Shown: positions 27,924 to 41,746, counted from the stretch's first letter. The stretch: 64,000 nt of DNA from Candidatus Latescibacterota bacterium (GCA_965248355.1 OZ252098.1:32001-96000), one strand, 5' to 3'. Notes: generated by a model not told the origin, from the sequence alone. Numbers and translations are program-made.

Positions 27924-29471
27924 CCCTCTGGTTGCATAAGAACAGGGCTTTTTCCTCCTCCGAACGGCCCATTGTCACTTGCGGCGCCCTCTGAAAAAGG
28001 GGTATTTGATACTGTCGACCAAGACATGTATCGACCCCTTTCAGAAGGACACCGCAAGTGAGGTTCAGAAAAGAAGACATTTTGGCCCGTTTTCACAAGC
28101 TCCCGCATCTTCGCTTCGAGGATCAACAGCTGACTTCCTTTGCGGGAGCCATCGTTTTTCAACTGCTCTTCCGGCGCCTGGATCTGAAGACTCGGCTGAA
28201 GTCGTGCTTCCCCGCCAAGAGCTCCGCGATCTTTGGTCCCCATCTCATGGTGTTGTTGCTCATCGTGCATCTGCTGCTGGGCTTCCGGCGGCTGCGAGAC
28301 ATGGACTATTACCGGGACGATCCGGTGGTGCTGCGTCTGTTGGGCTTGCGCCGCCTGCCGGACGTGGCCACCCTCAGTCGCGCCCTCGCAAGAATGGGCC
28401 GTTCGAGTATCGAAAAAGTGCGCCACCTGTCTTCGGTCCTGGTGGTGCAGGCGCTCCAGCGCGAGCGGTTCCCCCGTCTGACCCTCGACTTCGACGGCTC
28501 GGTGATCTCCACTTGTGGTCATGCCGAAGGGACCGCCGTGGGCTATAATCCGAAAAAGAAAGGGGCGCGCAGCTATTACAACCTGTTCTGTACGGTGGCG
28601 CAGACCGGACAGTTCTTCGATGTCCTTCACCGCCCCGGCAACGTCCATGACAGCAAGGACGCCCATGCGTTCATGATGGACGCCTTCGATCGGGTGCGCG
28701 ACGCGCTGGCGCCTACCGTGCTCGAGTCCCGACTCGACAGTGCCTTCTTCAGCCAGGACACGCTCACGCTCCTGGACCTGTATGGCGTCGAATGCACGAT
28801 CAGTGTCCCTTTCGAACGCTTCCCCGTACTCAAGGACCAGATCGAAGCGCGCCAGCGCTGGCGCTTTCTCGATGAACACTGCGCCTATTTCGAGAGTGAC
28901 TGGAAACCCAAACGCTGGCCCGCCTCGTACCGATTTCTCTTGGTCCGCCGTGCGGTCGCGCGTCAGACCAAGGAACCGCTGCAACTGGATCTGTTCGAAC
29001 CCCGGCCCATCGATCATGAGTACCGCGTTCTGGTGACCAACAAGAGGATCTCGGCCCGCCGCGTGCTCCTCTTCCACTATGGCCGCGGCGCCCAGGAAGG
29101 GATCTTCGCCGAGGCCAAGCAACAGGCCGGGCTGGATCTGATCCCCACCCGGCGGCTGCTCGGCAACCAGATGGTGACTTTGTGTGCGATGATGGCCCAC
29201 AATCTGGGACGCGAAATGCAGATGCGGGCGCAGGCGCGATCCAACTATTCGCGCGCCAAACGCCCGGCGGCGTGGACCTTCCAGACCTTGGACACTCTGC
29301 GTCATCGCTTCATTCAGCGCGCCGGGCGCCTCACTCGGCCCAAGGGCGAGTTGACCCTGACCCTGAACTCCAATCCAAAAGTGGAAAAAGATCTGTTGCA
29401 TTTCCTCGAAACACTGAAGGATGCCGCCTGATCACACCACCGCCTTCAAACAGATTTATGCAACGTTAGGG
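27924..29471 (+). mobile_element. IS1380-family insertion sequence
   Basis: IRs CCCTCTGGTTGCATAA / TTATGCAACGTTAGGG; flanks are unrelated truncated genes with no target duplication. Confidence 0.88.
28058..29431 (+). CDS. IS1380-family transposase
   Basis: LTSFAG, LDFDGS, RPGN.H, RLDSAFF, Y..RG..E and LR..FI..AGRL motifs. Confidence 0.92.
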   Translation: MRFRKEDILARFHKLPHLRFEDQQLTSFAGAIVFQLLFRRLDLKTRLKSCFPAKSSAIFGPHLMVLLLIVHLLLGFRRLRDMDYYRDDPVVLRLLGLRRLPDVATLSRALARMGRSSIEKVRHLSSVLVVQALQRERFPRLTLDFDGSVISTCGHAEGTAVGYNPKKKGARSYYNLFCTVAQTGQFFDVLHRPGNVHDSKDAHAFMMDAFDRVRDALAPTVLESRLDSAFFSQDTLTLLDLYGVECTISVPFERFPVLKDQIEARQRWRFLDEHCAYFESDWKPKRWPASYRFLLVRRAVARQTKEPLQLDLFEPRPIDHEYRVLVTNKRISARRVLLFHYGRGAQEGIFAEAKQQAGLDLIPTRRLLGNQMVTLCAMMAHNLGREMQMRAQARSNYSRAKRPAAWTFQTLDTLRHRFIQRAGRLTRPKGELTLTLNSNPKVEKDLLHFLETLKDAA

Positions 29472-29476
29472 TAAAG

Positions 29477-29920
29477 ATGAAGGGACTGATCGAACTGATC
29501 GTCGACATCGGCTTCAAGGGCGATCGCGCCAAAGCCCGCGACACGCTCGGCCGCGTCTACGAGTACTTCCTCGGCAAGTTTGCCCAGGCCGAGGGCAAGC
29601 TCGGCGGCGAGTTCTTCACGCCGCGCTGCATCGTGCGGCTGCTGGTCGAGATGCTCGAGCCGTACGAGGGCCGCGTCTACGACCCCTGCTGCGGCTCGGC
29701 CGGCATGTTCGTACAGTCCGAGCGCTTCGTGGAAGCCCACGGCGGGCAGAAGACCGACATCTCGATCTTCGGCCAGGAGTCCAATCCTACCACTTGGCGG
29801 CTGGCGCACATGAACCTGACTATCCGCGGCATCGAGGCCAACCTTGGCTCTCAGCCCGCCGACAGCTTCCTGCGCAACCTGCACCCCGACCTCAAGGCCG
29901 ACTACATCCTCGCCAATCCG
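29477..29920 (+). pseudogene. hsdM: Internal fragment of a type I R-M methyltransferase HsdM
   Basis: [17 protein letters not shown] and GQESN motifs; breaks at ANP of the NPPF motif. Confidence 0.88.
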
Positions 29921-30268
29921 CTGCGGCGGCCGCACCACGTGCGGCAAGCCGGTGCCCTCCCCGTCGCTCTTCCAGCCGGCGTGCCGCACCGTGACAAAGG
30001 AGCCCTCACAGCGGAAGCTGTGGTAGTCGTCCCCGAGGAACGGATCTTCAGCGAGGATTTCCGTGAGGATGCCGGCCACCGCCGGATGGTCAAGAAGTTC
30101 CTGCAGAGCACCTTGGTAGCCTTGTCTGGCGCCGTCGTAGACTTCGGCCTTCATCGCTTCGATTTCCGCTTCGGACAGGACGGAAGGCAACAGGATCCAA
30201 CCCTGGAGGTCGAAGAAGAACTTCTGCTCTTCGGTCATGGGCACGGGCGCGGCAGTATGGTCGCTCAT
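29921..30268 (-). pseudogene. N-terminal fragment of a phytanoyl-CoA dioxygenase-like protein
   Basis: [22 protein letters not shown] and LLDHP motifs; truncated against the hsdM fragment. Confidence 0.75.
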
Positions 30269-30332
30269 GGTTTCCCCCGTTGGTCGCTTGGAGTGCATCC
30301 GTCGTGGCTCACACTGCAGGGGGCCGGCTTCC

Positions 30333-30758
30333 CTATTCAGCCACCCAGACCCGTCTGAGCGGAACGTCGGGAGACTCGCACACACCGCCATAGATTGTCA
30401 CGGCGGTGATTTTCTCGTTTTGAATCCGGCACAGGTGCACCTCAGTCGCTTCCAGACGTTTGCCATACAACGCTTCGGGCAGTCCGGGAAGAGGCTGGTT
30501 TACAACGCCCTTGTGGCGAAACTCCAAGGCGACCATCTCACCGTCTGCGACGACGTTGAGAATCTCGAGCCGCAGGTCCCGCTCTTCCTCGTGGCAGCCC
30601 CGCCACAGCGCCACCATGTTCTCCGCGCCGCGGATGTCAAGTCCGCCGCCGACCATGGTTGCGTCGTGGGCGTACGTTTCGCGAAGGCGCTTCCAGTCAG
30701 AGGCGAAGGCCGCTTCGAGGGATTCGCGGGCGATACGCGCGTTTACACTGGCAGACAC
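30333..30758 (-). CDS. SnoaL/NTF2-like ester cyclase family protein
   Basis: [15 protein letters not shown] and GKRLE...H..RI..EKI pattern. Confidence 0.75.
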   Translation of the reverse strand: MSASVNARIARESLEAAFASDWKRLRETYAHDATMVGGGLDIRGAENMVALWRGCHEEERDLRLEILNVVADGEMVALEFRHKGVVNQPLPGLPEALYGKRLEATEVHLCRIQNEKITAVTIYGGVCESPDVPLRRVWVAE

Positions 30759-30761
30759 TGG

Positions 30762-31829
30762 TCAATCCTCTTTGAACGCGGGCGCGACGTGTTCCGAGAA
30801 CATCCGAAGAGATTTGCAGACCAGGTCGGGGCTCAGGTCTCCAATGCGGGTCCACCCCATGAAGTTCTGCAGTCCCGTGTGTCTCTGGATCCAGCCGATC
30901 TTGTCGGCGACAAAGTCCGGATCGCCTACGATGGCGTGATCGGCCAGGATCTCGTCGAAGGTGATGTTCGAGAACTTCTGTTTCAGTCCCTGATAGAATT
31001 CCATCTGACCGGGAGGCGCCATTTCCGGCGGCGGCGCGATCACCTCGGCAAGCAGGGTGCGGAAGTACCACATGAGTTGGTCGTGGCAATCCTCCCGGGC
31101 TTTCTGGCTGGTTTCGGCCACATAGAGGAACCTCGCCAGGGGGAAGTCCAGTTTGCCCGACATTCCGCACGCGTCCGCGGTCTTGTGGTACGACTCGTAG
31201 AGCTGGAAAACCTCGTCGTAGGGGTGCAGGAACGAGGTCAGGACGTTGTAGCCGTTCTTTATGACCCATTCGTACGTGGAGGGACTCACCGCCGCAACGT
31301 AGACCGGCGGGTGGGGCTGTTGTACGGGCTTCGGGATTACGTTGACTCTCCTGACCTTGTGAAACTTGCCGTCGTATTCGAGAGGGCCCTTCCAGGCTTT
31401 CAGGATGATATCCAGTTCTTCCTGAAACCGGTCGCGGCTTTCCTCGAGGTCGATTCCCCAGTTGTAGAATTCCTCGGCCTGATAACCGCGCCCCACGCCG
31501 AAGAGGAGCCGCCCTTTCGACATGATATCAACGGTGGCGAAGTCTTCCGCGACAATGACGGGATTGTGGAAGGGCAGCACGACAACCGCGGTGCCGATTT
31601 TAATGCGTTCGGTAATGGCCGACGCGTACGCGGCCATGGCATGGATGGACGAGGTGATCGAATAGTAGTTGGCCCCCGGCGCCTTGTGGTCGAAGTGGTG
31701 TTCCGCCAGCCAGATGGCGTCCCAGCCCGTTTCGTCCATGAGTTTGAACTGTTCGAACGCTTCGTGATAAACTTGCGCGTGGTCCTTGCCGGGCGGGGTT
31801 TCCAGCAGATAGAACTGGCCGAATTGCAT
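30762..31829 (-). CDS. Luciferase-like (LLM) flavin-dependent monooxygenase
   Basis: WLAEHHF, LPFHNP..VAEDFAT.D.MS.GRL.FGVGRGY and PKPVQQPHPP motifs. Confidence 0.93.
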   Translation of the reverse strand: MQFGQFYLLETPPGKDHAQVYHEAFEQFKLMDETGWDAIWLAEHHFDHKAPGANYYSITSSIHAMAAYASAITERIKIGTAVVVLPFHNPVIVAEDFATVDIMSKGRLLFGVGRGYQAEEFYNWGIDLEESRDRFQEELDIILKAWKGPLEYDGKFHKVRRVNVIPKPVQQPHPPVYVAAVSPSTYEWVIKNGYNVLTSFLHPYDEVFQLYESYHKTADACGMSGKLDFPLARFLYVAETSQKAREDCHDQLMWYFRTLLAEVIAPPPEMAPPGQMEFYQGLKQKFSNITFDEILADHAIVGDPDFVADKIGWIQRHTGLQNFMGWTRIGDLSPDLVCKSLRMFSEHVAPAFKED

Positions 31830-31867
31830 GGAAGTCTCCTTCGCTGAAACGGTTGTCAAGGGTCCGC

Positions 31868-31910
31868 CGGTCAGGGCGGCGACGATCCGCAGGCGCCCGC
31901 CACAGGCCGC
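31868..31910 (-). mobile_element. ~43-bp relic of an IS91/ISCR transposase gene directly after the RND stop codon
   Basis: Encodes AACGGRLRIVAALT; aligns to 22963-23005 with mainly third-position changes. Confidence 0.7.
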
Positions 31911-31912
31911 CC

Positions 31913-35056
<3,144 letters not shown>

Positions 35057-35063
35057 GACAGTA

Positions 35064-36074
35064 CTAGGGCTGCCTGCGGAGGATGCGCACCGCTTGGCCG
35101 TCACGCAGCCGCTCGTTGCCGCGCACCACGGCTAGATCGCCGGCTGCGAGCTCGCCCATGACGGCCACGTAGCCCTTGTGCGCCAGCCCGGTCTGGACGG
35201 GGCGGCTGAGGGCTTTGCCGTCGCGGGCGAGGTACACGACCTGTCCTTGCGGACCGGAGACCAAAGCGTCCTTGTGCACCAGAAGTGATGCCTCGGCCTG
35301 CGCGATCCGGAAGCGCACCCGTGCGGACATATTGCTGCGCATCCGGCCTTGTGGATTGGCGGCCTCGACGATGACCGGGAAGGTGCGGGAGGAGGCGTAG
35401 CCCTCGGCGGAGATGGCGGTTACGAGGCCGGCGATGGGATCGCCGCCGAGGGCATCGACGACGATGGCGACGCGGTCCCCCAAAGCGAGCCGCGGCACGT
35501 CGTGCTCGGGCACCTCGACGATCACGCGCACCGTGTCGATGGAGATTACCTGTGCGATCTCACCGCCGCGTCCGACCCACTCGCCAACCTCGGTAAAGGT
35601 GCGGATGATGTGCCCGGAGAAAGGGGCGTGGACGAGGAGGTTCTCTACTTGGGCCCGAAGGCCGCCTAATCTGGCTTCGGCACGAGCCAGCTCAAAGGTC
35701 TGGATGCGTAGATCCTGCTCGGAGACCGAGTCGGTGGCGCGCAACCGGCGGCTGCCATCGTGGATGAACTGGCGCAGCGCGAGATCGGCCTCGGCTTCTT
35801 GCAACGCGGCTTGGAGGGGATCGTTGGCCAACGCGAAGAGGGGGTCGCCGGCGCGCACGGTTTGACCGGCGTCCTTGAAGCGCTTGACCACTTGCCCTTC
35901 GGTCTCGGCGGCGACCCGGCTGGAGCGCACAGGGAGGATGCTCCCGACAAAGGAAAGATCCTCGACGAGCGGTTGTTCGAGAACCTCGGCGACGATGACC
36001 GGTGTCGGCGGGCGCTCCTGGCCGGGGAGTGCACTGGGCAGCAAGGTCAGGAGCAGCAGTAGAGCAAAGGGCAT
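35064..36074 (-). CDS. RND periplasmic adaptor (membrane fusion protein)
   Basis: Lipoyl halves G.V..GDPLF and APFSG.I...VGEWV; hairpin; SRTF. Confidence 0.92.
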   Translation of the reverse strand: MPFALLLLLTLLPSALPGQERPPTPVIVAEVLEQPLVEDLSFVGSILPVRSSRVAAETEGQVVKRFKDAGQTVRAGDPLFALANDPLQAALQEAEADLALRQFIHDGSRRLRATDSVSEQDLRIQTFELARAEARLGGLRAQVENLLVHAPFSGHIIRTFTEVGEWVGRGGEIAQVISIDTVRVIVEVPEHDVPRLALGDRVAIVVDALGGDPIAGLVTAISAEGYASSRTFPVIVEAANPQGRMRSNMSARVRFRIAQAEASLLVHKDALVSGPQGQVVYLARDGKALSRPVQTGLAHKGYVAVMGELAAGDLAVVRGNERLRDGQAVRILRRQP

Positions 36075-36141
36075 TTGGGTTCCTCGGCGGGGTGAGAAAG
36101 AGGGCTCGGAGGTGCTGATCGCTCCCAAGCTCATCGCCGGC

Positions 36142-37056
36142 TCAGGCCGGGGCCTTCTCCAGGTGCTCCGTCCGCAGCCGCCGCGACCAGTCGAAGTACT
36201 CGTCCAGCCGGATCAGCTCGAACTCCTCGACGATGTCGGCGGCGGTGCGCTCCTCGGTCTCGCTGTAGAGCACGGAGGTTCCCACCTGCCCGGCGGTGAC
36301 GATGCGCACGGCGTCGCCGTACTTGCCGTGGATGTCGTCGTAGCGGTTCTGGTTGCGGTCGAGGTGCACGACCTCGTAGTCGAGGTTGATGCGGGCCGAG
36401 GCCCAGGGCTGGTAGTTGTTGCTCCGGGCGAGGGTGGTGCCCTGGGGGTCGATGATGGTGCAGGGGGTGCTTCTGTACACGGAGCCGGCGAAGAAGGCCT
36501 GCACGTCCAGGGCCCAGAAGTTCTGCACAAGGCCGCCGTGATACATGGAGCTGAAGAGCAGCAGCCGCGGCTTGAGCTTCTTGTACTGGGCCCGCAGCTC
36601 GCCGAAGTTCAGGTCGAAGCAGATGACCCCGCCCACGGGTCCGAAGTCGGTCTCGATCAGGTGCGCGCCCGGACCCGGGCGGGTCCCGTGGTCGAACTCC
36701 GGGTACACGGGGATGTACTTGCGGTAGACGCCGGCCAGCTCCCCCTGGCGGTCCAGGAGCCCGAGGACGTTGTACACGGCGCCGGTGCCGGGCTCCTTCT
36801 GGTGCACGGGCACGGTGACGTAGCAGCCGTGTTCCCGCGCCAGCCCCGCCAGCAGCTGTGACGTCGGACCCTCGGGCACCTCTTCGTCGAAGGTCCGGCA
36901 GATCGTCTCGGGCAGCACGATCAGGTCGGCCCGGGTGGCCCCGGCGACCCTGGCCACCAGTCCCTTCAGGTCCTCGTGGGTCCGCGCCATCACCTCCTCG
37001 TCGGAGCCGCTGACGGGGGCGTAGGAGACGCAGGCTACGACGGCGTGGCTGCTCAT
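36142..37056 (-). CDS. Carbon-nitrogen hydrolase (nitrilase superfamily)
   Basis: E-K-C triad motifs LPE, YRK and ICFD. Confidence 0.9.
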   Translation of the reverse strand: MSSHAVVACVSYAPVSGSDEEVMARTHEDLKGLVARVAGATRADLIVLPETICRTFDEEVPEGPTSQLLAGLAREHGCYVTVPVHQKEPGTGAVYNVLGLLDRQGELAGVYRKYIPVYPEFDHGTRPGPGAHLIETDFGPVGGVICFDLNFGELRAQYKKLKPRLLLFSSMYHGGLVQNFWALDVQAFFAGSVYRSTPCTIIDPQGTTLARSNNYQPWASARINLDYEVVHLDRNQNRYDDIHGKYGDAVRIVTAGQVGTSVLYSETEERTAADIVEEFELIRLDEYFDWSRRLRTEHLEKAPA

Positions 37057-37982
37057 GGGGCCTCCCCGCGGATCGCCTCGACGTGGCTCTTCCTCACCTT
37101 GCAGACCATGGTGTACGCGGGGTCGTAGATGTTGCCCACGTCGTAGGCCACCGCCTGTCCGAGGAGCAGGTGGGCGGTGCGGGCGTCGAGGCCGTGGTCG
37201 ATCTCCAGCCAGCGCAGCATCTCGGTGGTGGCGTGCTGCACGCACTGGTCCAGGGGCCGGGCGTTGCCCACCGTCATCAACCAGGTGTCGTCCTCGGCCC
37301 GCGGCCAGCGGATGGAGGAGCCCTTGACGAGGTCCACGGTGAAGCGCACGTCGAAGGAGATCTCCACGCCCGTGCCGACGATCTCGCCGTCCCCTTGCAC
37401 GGCGTGGCCGTCGCCGAGGTGGAACAGGGCTCCCGGGGCGAAGACGGGGAACCAGACGGTCACCCCCTGCCGGAAGCCCCGGTAGTCCATGTTGCCGCCG
37501 TGGCGCTCGGAGGTGGACGTGGAGATGGCCTGGCCCCGCTCGGGGGCCACGCCGAAGCACCCCACCATGGGGTCCAGGGGCAGGACGAGCCGCGACAGGG
37601 GGCCCTCGGGCTCGGTGAGGCGCACGCTGCCGGCCTCCACGTCCACGGCCCAGCGCGCGCCCTCGACCTCGTCGCCGAAGCGCGGCCGGAAGCCGGGGTC
37701 CAGCACGTTGGGGGCCACCGCGGCGGCGGTGAAGCCCCAGGGCCGGTTGGGCCTCACCAGGTCGAGGGTGACCGCCAGCGCGTCCCCGGACTCGGCGCCG
37801 GTGACGTGGAAGGGGCCGGTCTGGGGGTTGCCCCGGACGGCGGCCTGCCGGCCGTCGCGGTCCCGGCCGCGGGCGTCGACGGTGGTCGTCGAGACCGAAT
37901 CCCCCGGGGCGATCTCGAGGACCGGCTCGTGCCATCCGAGGGTGTTGTGGTAGTGGTCGGGGGTGAACTCGTGATGGGCCAT
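37053..37982 (-). CDS. Acetamidase/formamidase family protein
   Basis: NPQTGPF.V.GA..GD, GGNMD and GDGHAVQGDGEI.G motifs. Confidence 0.92.
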   Translation of the reverse strand: MAHHEFTPDHYHNTLGWHEPVLEIAPGDSVSTTTVDARGRDRDGRQAAVRGNPQTGPFHVTGAESGDALAVTLDLVRPNRPWGFTAAAVAPNVLDPGFRPRFGDEVEGARWAVDVEAGSVRLTEPEGPLSRLVLPLDPMVGCFGVAPERGQAISTSTSERHGGNMDYRGFRQGVTVWFPVFAPGALFHLGDGHAVQGDGEIVGTGVEISFDVRFTVDLVKGSSIRWPRAEDDTWLMTVGNARPLDQCVQHATTEMLRWLEIDHGLDARTAHLLLGQAVAYDVGNIYDPAYTMVCKVRKSHVEAIRGEAP

Positions 37983-38113
37983 GGAGTCTCCTGTGGCAGT
38001 CCAGGGTATGCAGCCGCCGGGCGTCGCCGTCTCCGCGGTGGGCCGGCGTGGCCTTCGGCTGGTGCCCCGGACCTGTGGGGTCGATCGCCCGGAACCTCCC
38101 CGGGCGGTCGGAA

Positions 38114-39544
38114 TCAGTTGATGTCGTACCGCAGGAAGGAAAGGTAGGCGAGCATGAAGAAGGCGACGTTCCACAGGGCCAGCAGCGCCAGGTCGACGTA
38201 GATCGAGGTCAGGCGGTCGGAGACGCTCATGTGGGCGAAGTGGAAGCGGGGCGCGTCGCTCAGGTCGACGTTGTTGAACGCCTCCATGTCCGCCGAGGTC
38301 ATGATCACGGAGCCGTCTGAAGAGGCGGCCCTCTGGCTCTGGATGAACTCGTTGAAGGCGCGCTGCTTCTCCTGCGAGTACTCCTGCCAGGTGTCGCCGA
38401 AGGCCTCCAGGCCCTCCACCCAGCGCTCCTCCTGGACGATGCCGGCGGCGGCCAGGTCGAAGGCGGCGAGGTTGAAGGAAGTCAGGGGCGACAGGCGGGC
38501 GAGGATGCCGGAGAGCCGCGTCTGGCCCGCCACCTGGCTGCGGAAGCTGTCCTCGATCTTCTGCATCTCGGCCTGGGTCTCCTCGCCCATCGCCCTCATC
38601 CGCTCCCGTACGGCCTCGTCGGCCCACACGTTTTGCCCTTGGAGCCGCTCCTGCTCCTCCTCGATGAAGGCGCGGAACCTCCGCTGCTGCTCCTGCTGCA
38701 GGGCCTGCTTCTCGCGGCCCACCTCCTCGGCGGAGGGGATCGGCACGAGCTGGCTCACCACGTACGGCGCCATGTTCGGCACCGCCAGAATCAGGGTGAC
38801 CCACAGCAGCAGGAGCACGGTGATCGACGTCGACGCCAGCCGGGTCCGGCAGGAGACGAACAGACCCAGGCTGTAGACGGCGCCCAGGTAGAGCAGGGCG
38901 AGGCCGTAGAGGGCGACCAGGGCCAGGGAGCTCTCGGCGTCGGGCTCGACGTCGGGGAAGAGCAGGATCACGAGCAGGGCGAGGACGAAGGAGACGGTGA
39001 AGGGCGCGATGAGGGCCAGGTACCCGCCGAGCCACTTGCCGAGCAGGACCAGGTCGCGGGGCGCGCTGTACGACATGAGCAGCTTGAGGACCCCGGTCTC
39101 GGCCTCGCCGGAGACGGTGTCGTAGGCGAAGGCCAGGGCCAGCAGGCTCATGATGACGCCCACGATGAAGACGTAGTCCACCGGCGGGAACAGGGACAGC
39201 ACCGGGTTCTGCTCCCAGCTCTCGGGGAAGTCGAGGCGGTTCCCGGGCTGCACGCGGACGCTCTCGGTCAGCTCCTTCGACAGACCGCGCACCAGGGTGT
39301 TCATGAGGTTCAGGGGCCGGTCGACGGTGACGCCCTCGTTCAGGCTCCAGATCCCGGTGCGCTGCTGCAGCTCGTTGCGGTGCATGACCCGGTTCATGTT
39401 GTACGTGGACATGGCCTCGCGGTAGTCCCGCGTCAGCACCACGGCGCTGAGCAGGAAGACGAGGAGGCAGACGCCGCAGGTGATGGCGAACCGCAGCGAC
39501 AGCAGCTGGTCGAGGAGTTCCTTGCGGACGATGTGCAGCAGCAC
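38114..39544 (-). CDS. ABC-2-type permease subunit with large periplasmic domain
   Basis: KELLD..S.RF, D.VSGE.E.G.LKLL.S....R..V.LGK and RLSP motifs. Confidence 0.88.
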   Translation of the reverse strand: MLLHIVRKELLDQLLSLRFAITCGVCLLVFLLSAVVLTRDYREAMSTYNMNRVMHRNELQQRTGIWSLNEGVTVDRPLNLMNTLVRGLSKELTESVRVQPGNRLDFPESWEQNPVLSLFPPVDYVFIVGVIMSLLALAFAYDTVSGEAETGVLKLLMSYSAPRDLVLLGKWLGGYLALIAPFTVSFVLALLVILLFPDVEPDAESSLALVALYGLALLYLGAVYSLGLFVSCRTRLASTSITVLLLLWVTLILAVPNMAPYVVSQLVPIPSAEEVGREKQALQQEQQRRFRAFIEEEQERLQGQNVWADEAVRERMRAMGEETQAEMQKIEDSFRSQVAGQTRLSGILARLSPLTSFNLAAFDLAAAGIVQEERWVEGLEAFGDTWQEYSQEKQRAFNEFIQSQRAASSDGSVIMTSADMEAFNNVDLSDAPRFHFAHMSVSDRLTSIYVDLALLALWNVAFFMLAYLSFLRYDIN

Positions 39545-39564
39545 GGGCGATCCCCCGGATCGGT

Positions 39565-40953
39565 TCAGGTGACGTCGTAGCGCAAGAAGAAGAGGTACGA
39601 AAGCAGGAAGAACAGCACGTTGAAGACGGCCAGCAGCAGGATGTCGAAGAGGGCCGCGTCGAAGGCCTCGGAGAGGCTCTCGGAGAACATGGAGAGCCTG
39701 GGCACGTCGCCGGCGTCGAACCAGTCCTGGTTCCTCAGGACCGGCCCCGAGGCTCCGCGCCACTCGGAGATGTTGCGGTACATGCCCTGGCGGAAGTCGT
39801 CGTGGGCGCCCTGGAAGCGTTCGACGGCGTCGGAGAAGTGCTCGAACAGGTCCGGGCCCGTGCCGGCGAGGCGGGTGACGGCGAGGAGGTAGCTGGCCGA
39901 CGGCGACAGGCGGGCCAGGTTCTGGCTCAGGGAGATCTGCCGCGACATGCGGTCCTGGTAGAAGTCTTCCAGCTTCCGTTTCCGCTGGTCCGCCTCCTGC
40001 TGAATGCGCTGTCCCTCCTCCTGGTCGCCGTAGACCTTGCGCTTGCTGATCGCCTCCCTCAGCAGCTCCGACTCGCGGTCGATGGCCCGCTGCTCGGTGT
40101 CGATCACCTGGCGCGACGGCACCGGCGCCGCCAGCCGGGCGGCGATGGGCGCCACGTTGGGCACCACCAGGATCCAGCCGATCCACACCAGCAGCGCCAT
40201 GAGCAGGGCCGTGGCGCCGCGGTGGGCCAGCGTGGAGATCAGCAGTCCGAGACTGAAGAAGGCGGAGATGTAGAGGAAGGAGACGGCGAGGATCGCGGCG
40301 AAGCGGGAGACCACCTCCGACTCCAGCGGCAGGGAGCCCGAGAGGGACAGGTACAGGAAGCCGGCCGCCGCGGCCACGGCGAAGGGCCCGGCGATGGACA
40401 GGTACCCGCCCACCCACTTGCCCAGGAGCACCGTGTCGCGGGGGACGGAGTTGGCAAGCAGGAGCTTGAGGGTTCCCCTCTCCTTCTCGCCGCAGACCGA
40501 ATCGAAGACGAAGAGCAGGGCCAGCAGGCTCAGGACCATGTTGACCACGTAGGCGAAGTCGGGGGCCTGGAAGATCCTGAGGAGGATGTTGCGGCCCAGG
40601 CGGTCCTCGGAGGTGCGCACGATCCACCGCTCCCGCGAGGAGACCTGCGACGGCAGGCTGCCCTCGAGGCCGCGGGCCAGCACGGCCAGCGCCGCCGGCG
40701 GGCGCACGCCGGCGAAGTCCTCGTTCTGGACCTGCTGGAACTGCTCGCCGGCGTCCTCCACCCGGGACAGCTCGTCCAGGCGCTCCCGGAACTGGGACTC
40801 CTGCCGCGTGTAGGTCTCCATGCGGTGGCGCTGCTCGTTGCCCATCAGGAAGACGGCGAGCAGCACGAGCACGAAGAGCAGGCCGTAGGTGACGGCGAAG
40901 CGGAAGCTGAGGATGTTGTGCAGGACTTCCTTGCCGATCAGCCGCAGCAGCAT
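39565..40953 (-). CDS. ABC-2-type permease subunit (paralog)
   Basis: GEKERGTLKLLLANSVPRD.VLLGK and RLSP motifs. Confidence 0.88.
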   Translation of the reverse strand: MLLRLIGKEVLHNILSFRFAVTYGLLFVLVLLAVFLMGNEQRHRMETYTRQESQFRERLDELSRVEDAGEQFQQVQNEDFAGVRPPAALAVLARGLEGSLPSQVSSRERWIVRTSEDRLGRNILLRIFQAPDFAYVVNMVLSLLALLFVFDSVCGEKERGTLKLLLANSVPRDTVLLGKWVGGYLSIAGPFAVAAAAGFLYLSLSGSLPLESEVVSRFAAILAVSFLYISAFFSLGLLISTLAHRGATALLMALLVWIGWILVVPNVAPIAARLAAPVPSRQVIDTEQRAIDRESELLREAISKRKVYGDQEEGQRIQQEADQRKRKLEDFYQDRMSRQISLSQNLARLSPSASYLLAVTRLAGTGPDLFEHFSDAVERFQGAHDDFRQGMYRNISEWRGASGPVLRNQDWFDAGDVPRLSMFSESLSEAFDAALFDILLLAVFNVLFFLLSYLFFLRYDVT

Positions 40954-41023
40954 GGGATCCTCGGTCGCAGGGCGGTGCACAGGGCCGGGGGCCGGCGGCG
41001 GCCCCCGGCTCGTCAAGGGGTCG

Positions 41024-41746
41024 TCAGGCCGCCTGCTCGGCGGGCCGGCTGACGAACTCCACGTAGATCGACTCCAGGTCCTCCTGTCCGAGCTCCTCGC
41101 GGGTGAAGATCTTGACCAGGTTCCCCTCGACCATGATGCCCACGCGGTCGGCGATCTGCTTGGCCCGGAAGATGTCGTGGGTCGTCATCCAGATCGCCTT
41201 GTTCTCCTCGCGCAGCTCGGCCAGCAGCTGCAGGAACTCGGCGCCCGACTTGGGGTCCAACCCCGAGGTGGGCTCGTCGAGGAGGATCACCTCGGCGTTC
41301 TTCATGATGGCGATGGCGATGCCCAGCTTCTGGCGCATGCCCTTGGAGAATCCCTTGACGCGGCGGTCGAAGGCGTCTCGCTGCAGGCCGACGCGGTCCA
41401 TGACCTGGTCGTACTCCGATGGCTCCACCTGCTTGCGGCCGCCGAGCTTGGTGAAGAACTCCAGGTTCTGGCGGGCCGTGAAGTTGCCGTAGAGCATGAC
41501 GTTCTCCGACACGTAGGCCACGTGGCGCTTGGCCTCCAGCGGATCCCGGGTCACGTCGACGCCGCAGATCTTCACGGTCCCGGCCGTCGGCTCGGTGAAC
41601 CCGAGGGACACCATGAGGGTGGTCGTCTTGCCGGCGCCGTTGGCCCCCAGCATGGTGAAGATCTCGCCCGGCTCGATGGTCAGGGTGAGGTCGTTCACCG
41701 CGTGGACGTCGCCGTAGTGCTTGGTCATCCCGATGATTTCGAGCAT
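41024..41746 (-). CDS. ABC transporter ATP-binding protein
   Basis: GANGAGKTT, FSKGMRQK, LLDEPTSGLD and H-loop. Confidence 0.95.
   Translation of the reverse strand: MLEIIGMTKHYGDVHAVNDLTLTIEPGEIFTMLGANGAGKTTTLMVSLGFTEPTAGTVKICGVDVTRDPLEAKRHVAYVSENVMLYGNFTARQNLEFFTKLGGRKQVEPSEYDQVMDRVGLQRDAFDRRVKGFSKGMRQKLGIAIAIMKNAEVILLDEPTSGLDPKSGAEFLQLLAELREENKAIWMTTHDIFRAKQIADRVGIMVEGNLVKIFTREELGQEDLESIYVEFVSRPAEQAA

Noticed and set aside
27137-29401. 754-aa minus-strand ORF
   Set aside because: Chimera of the antisense of the IS1380 transposase and the truncated aldo/keto reductase.
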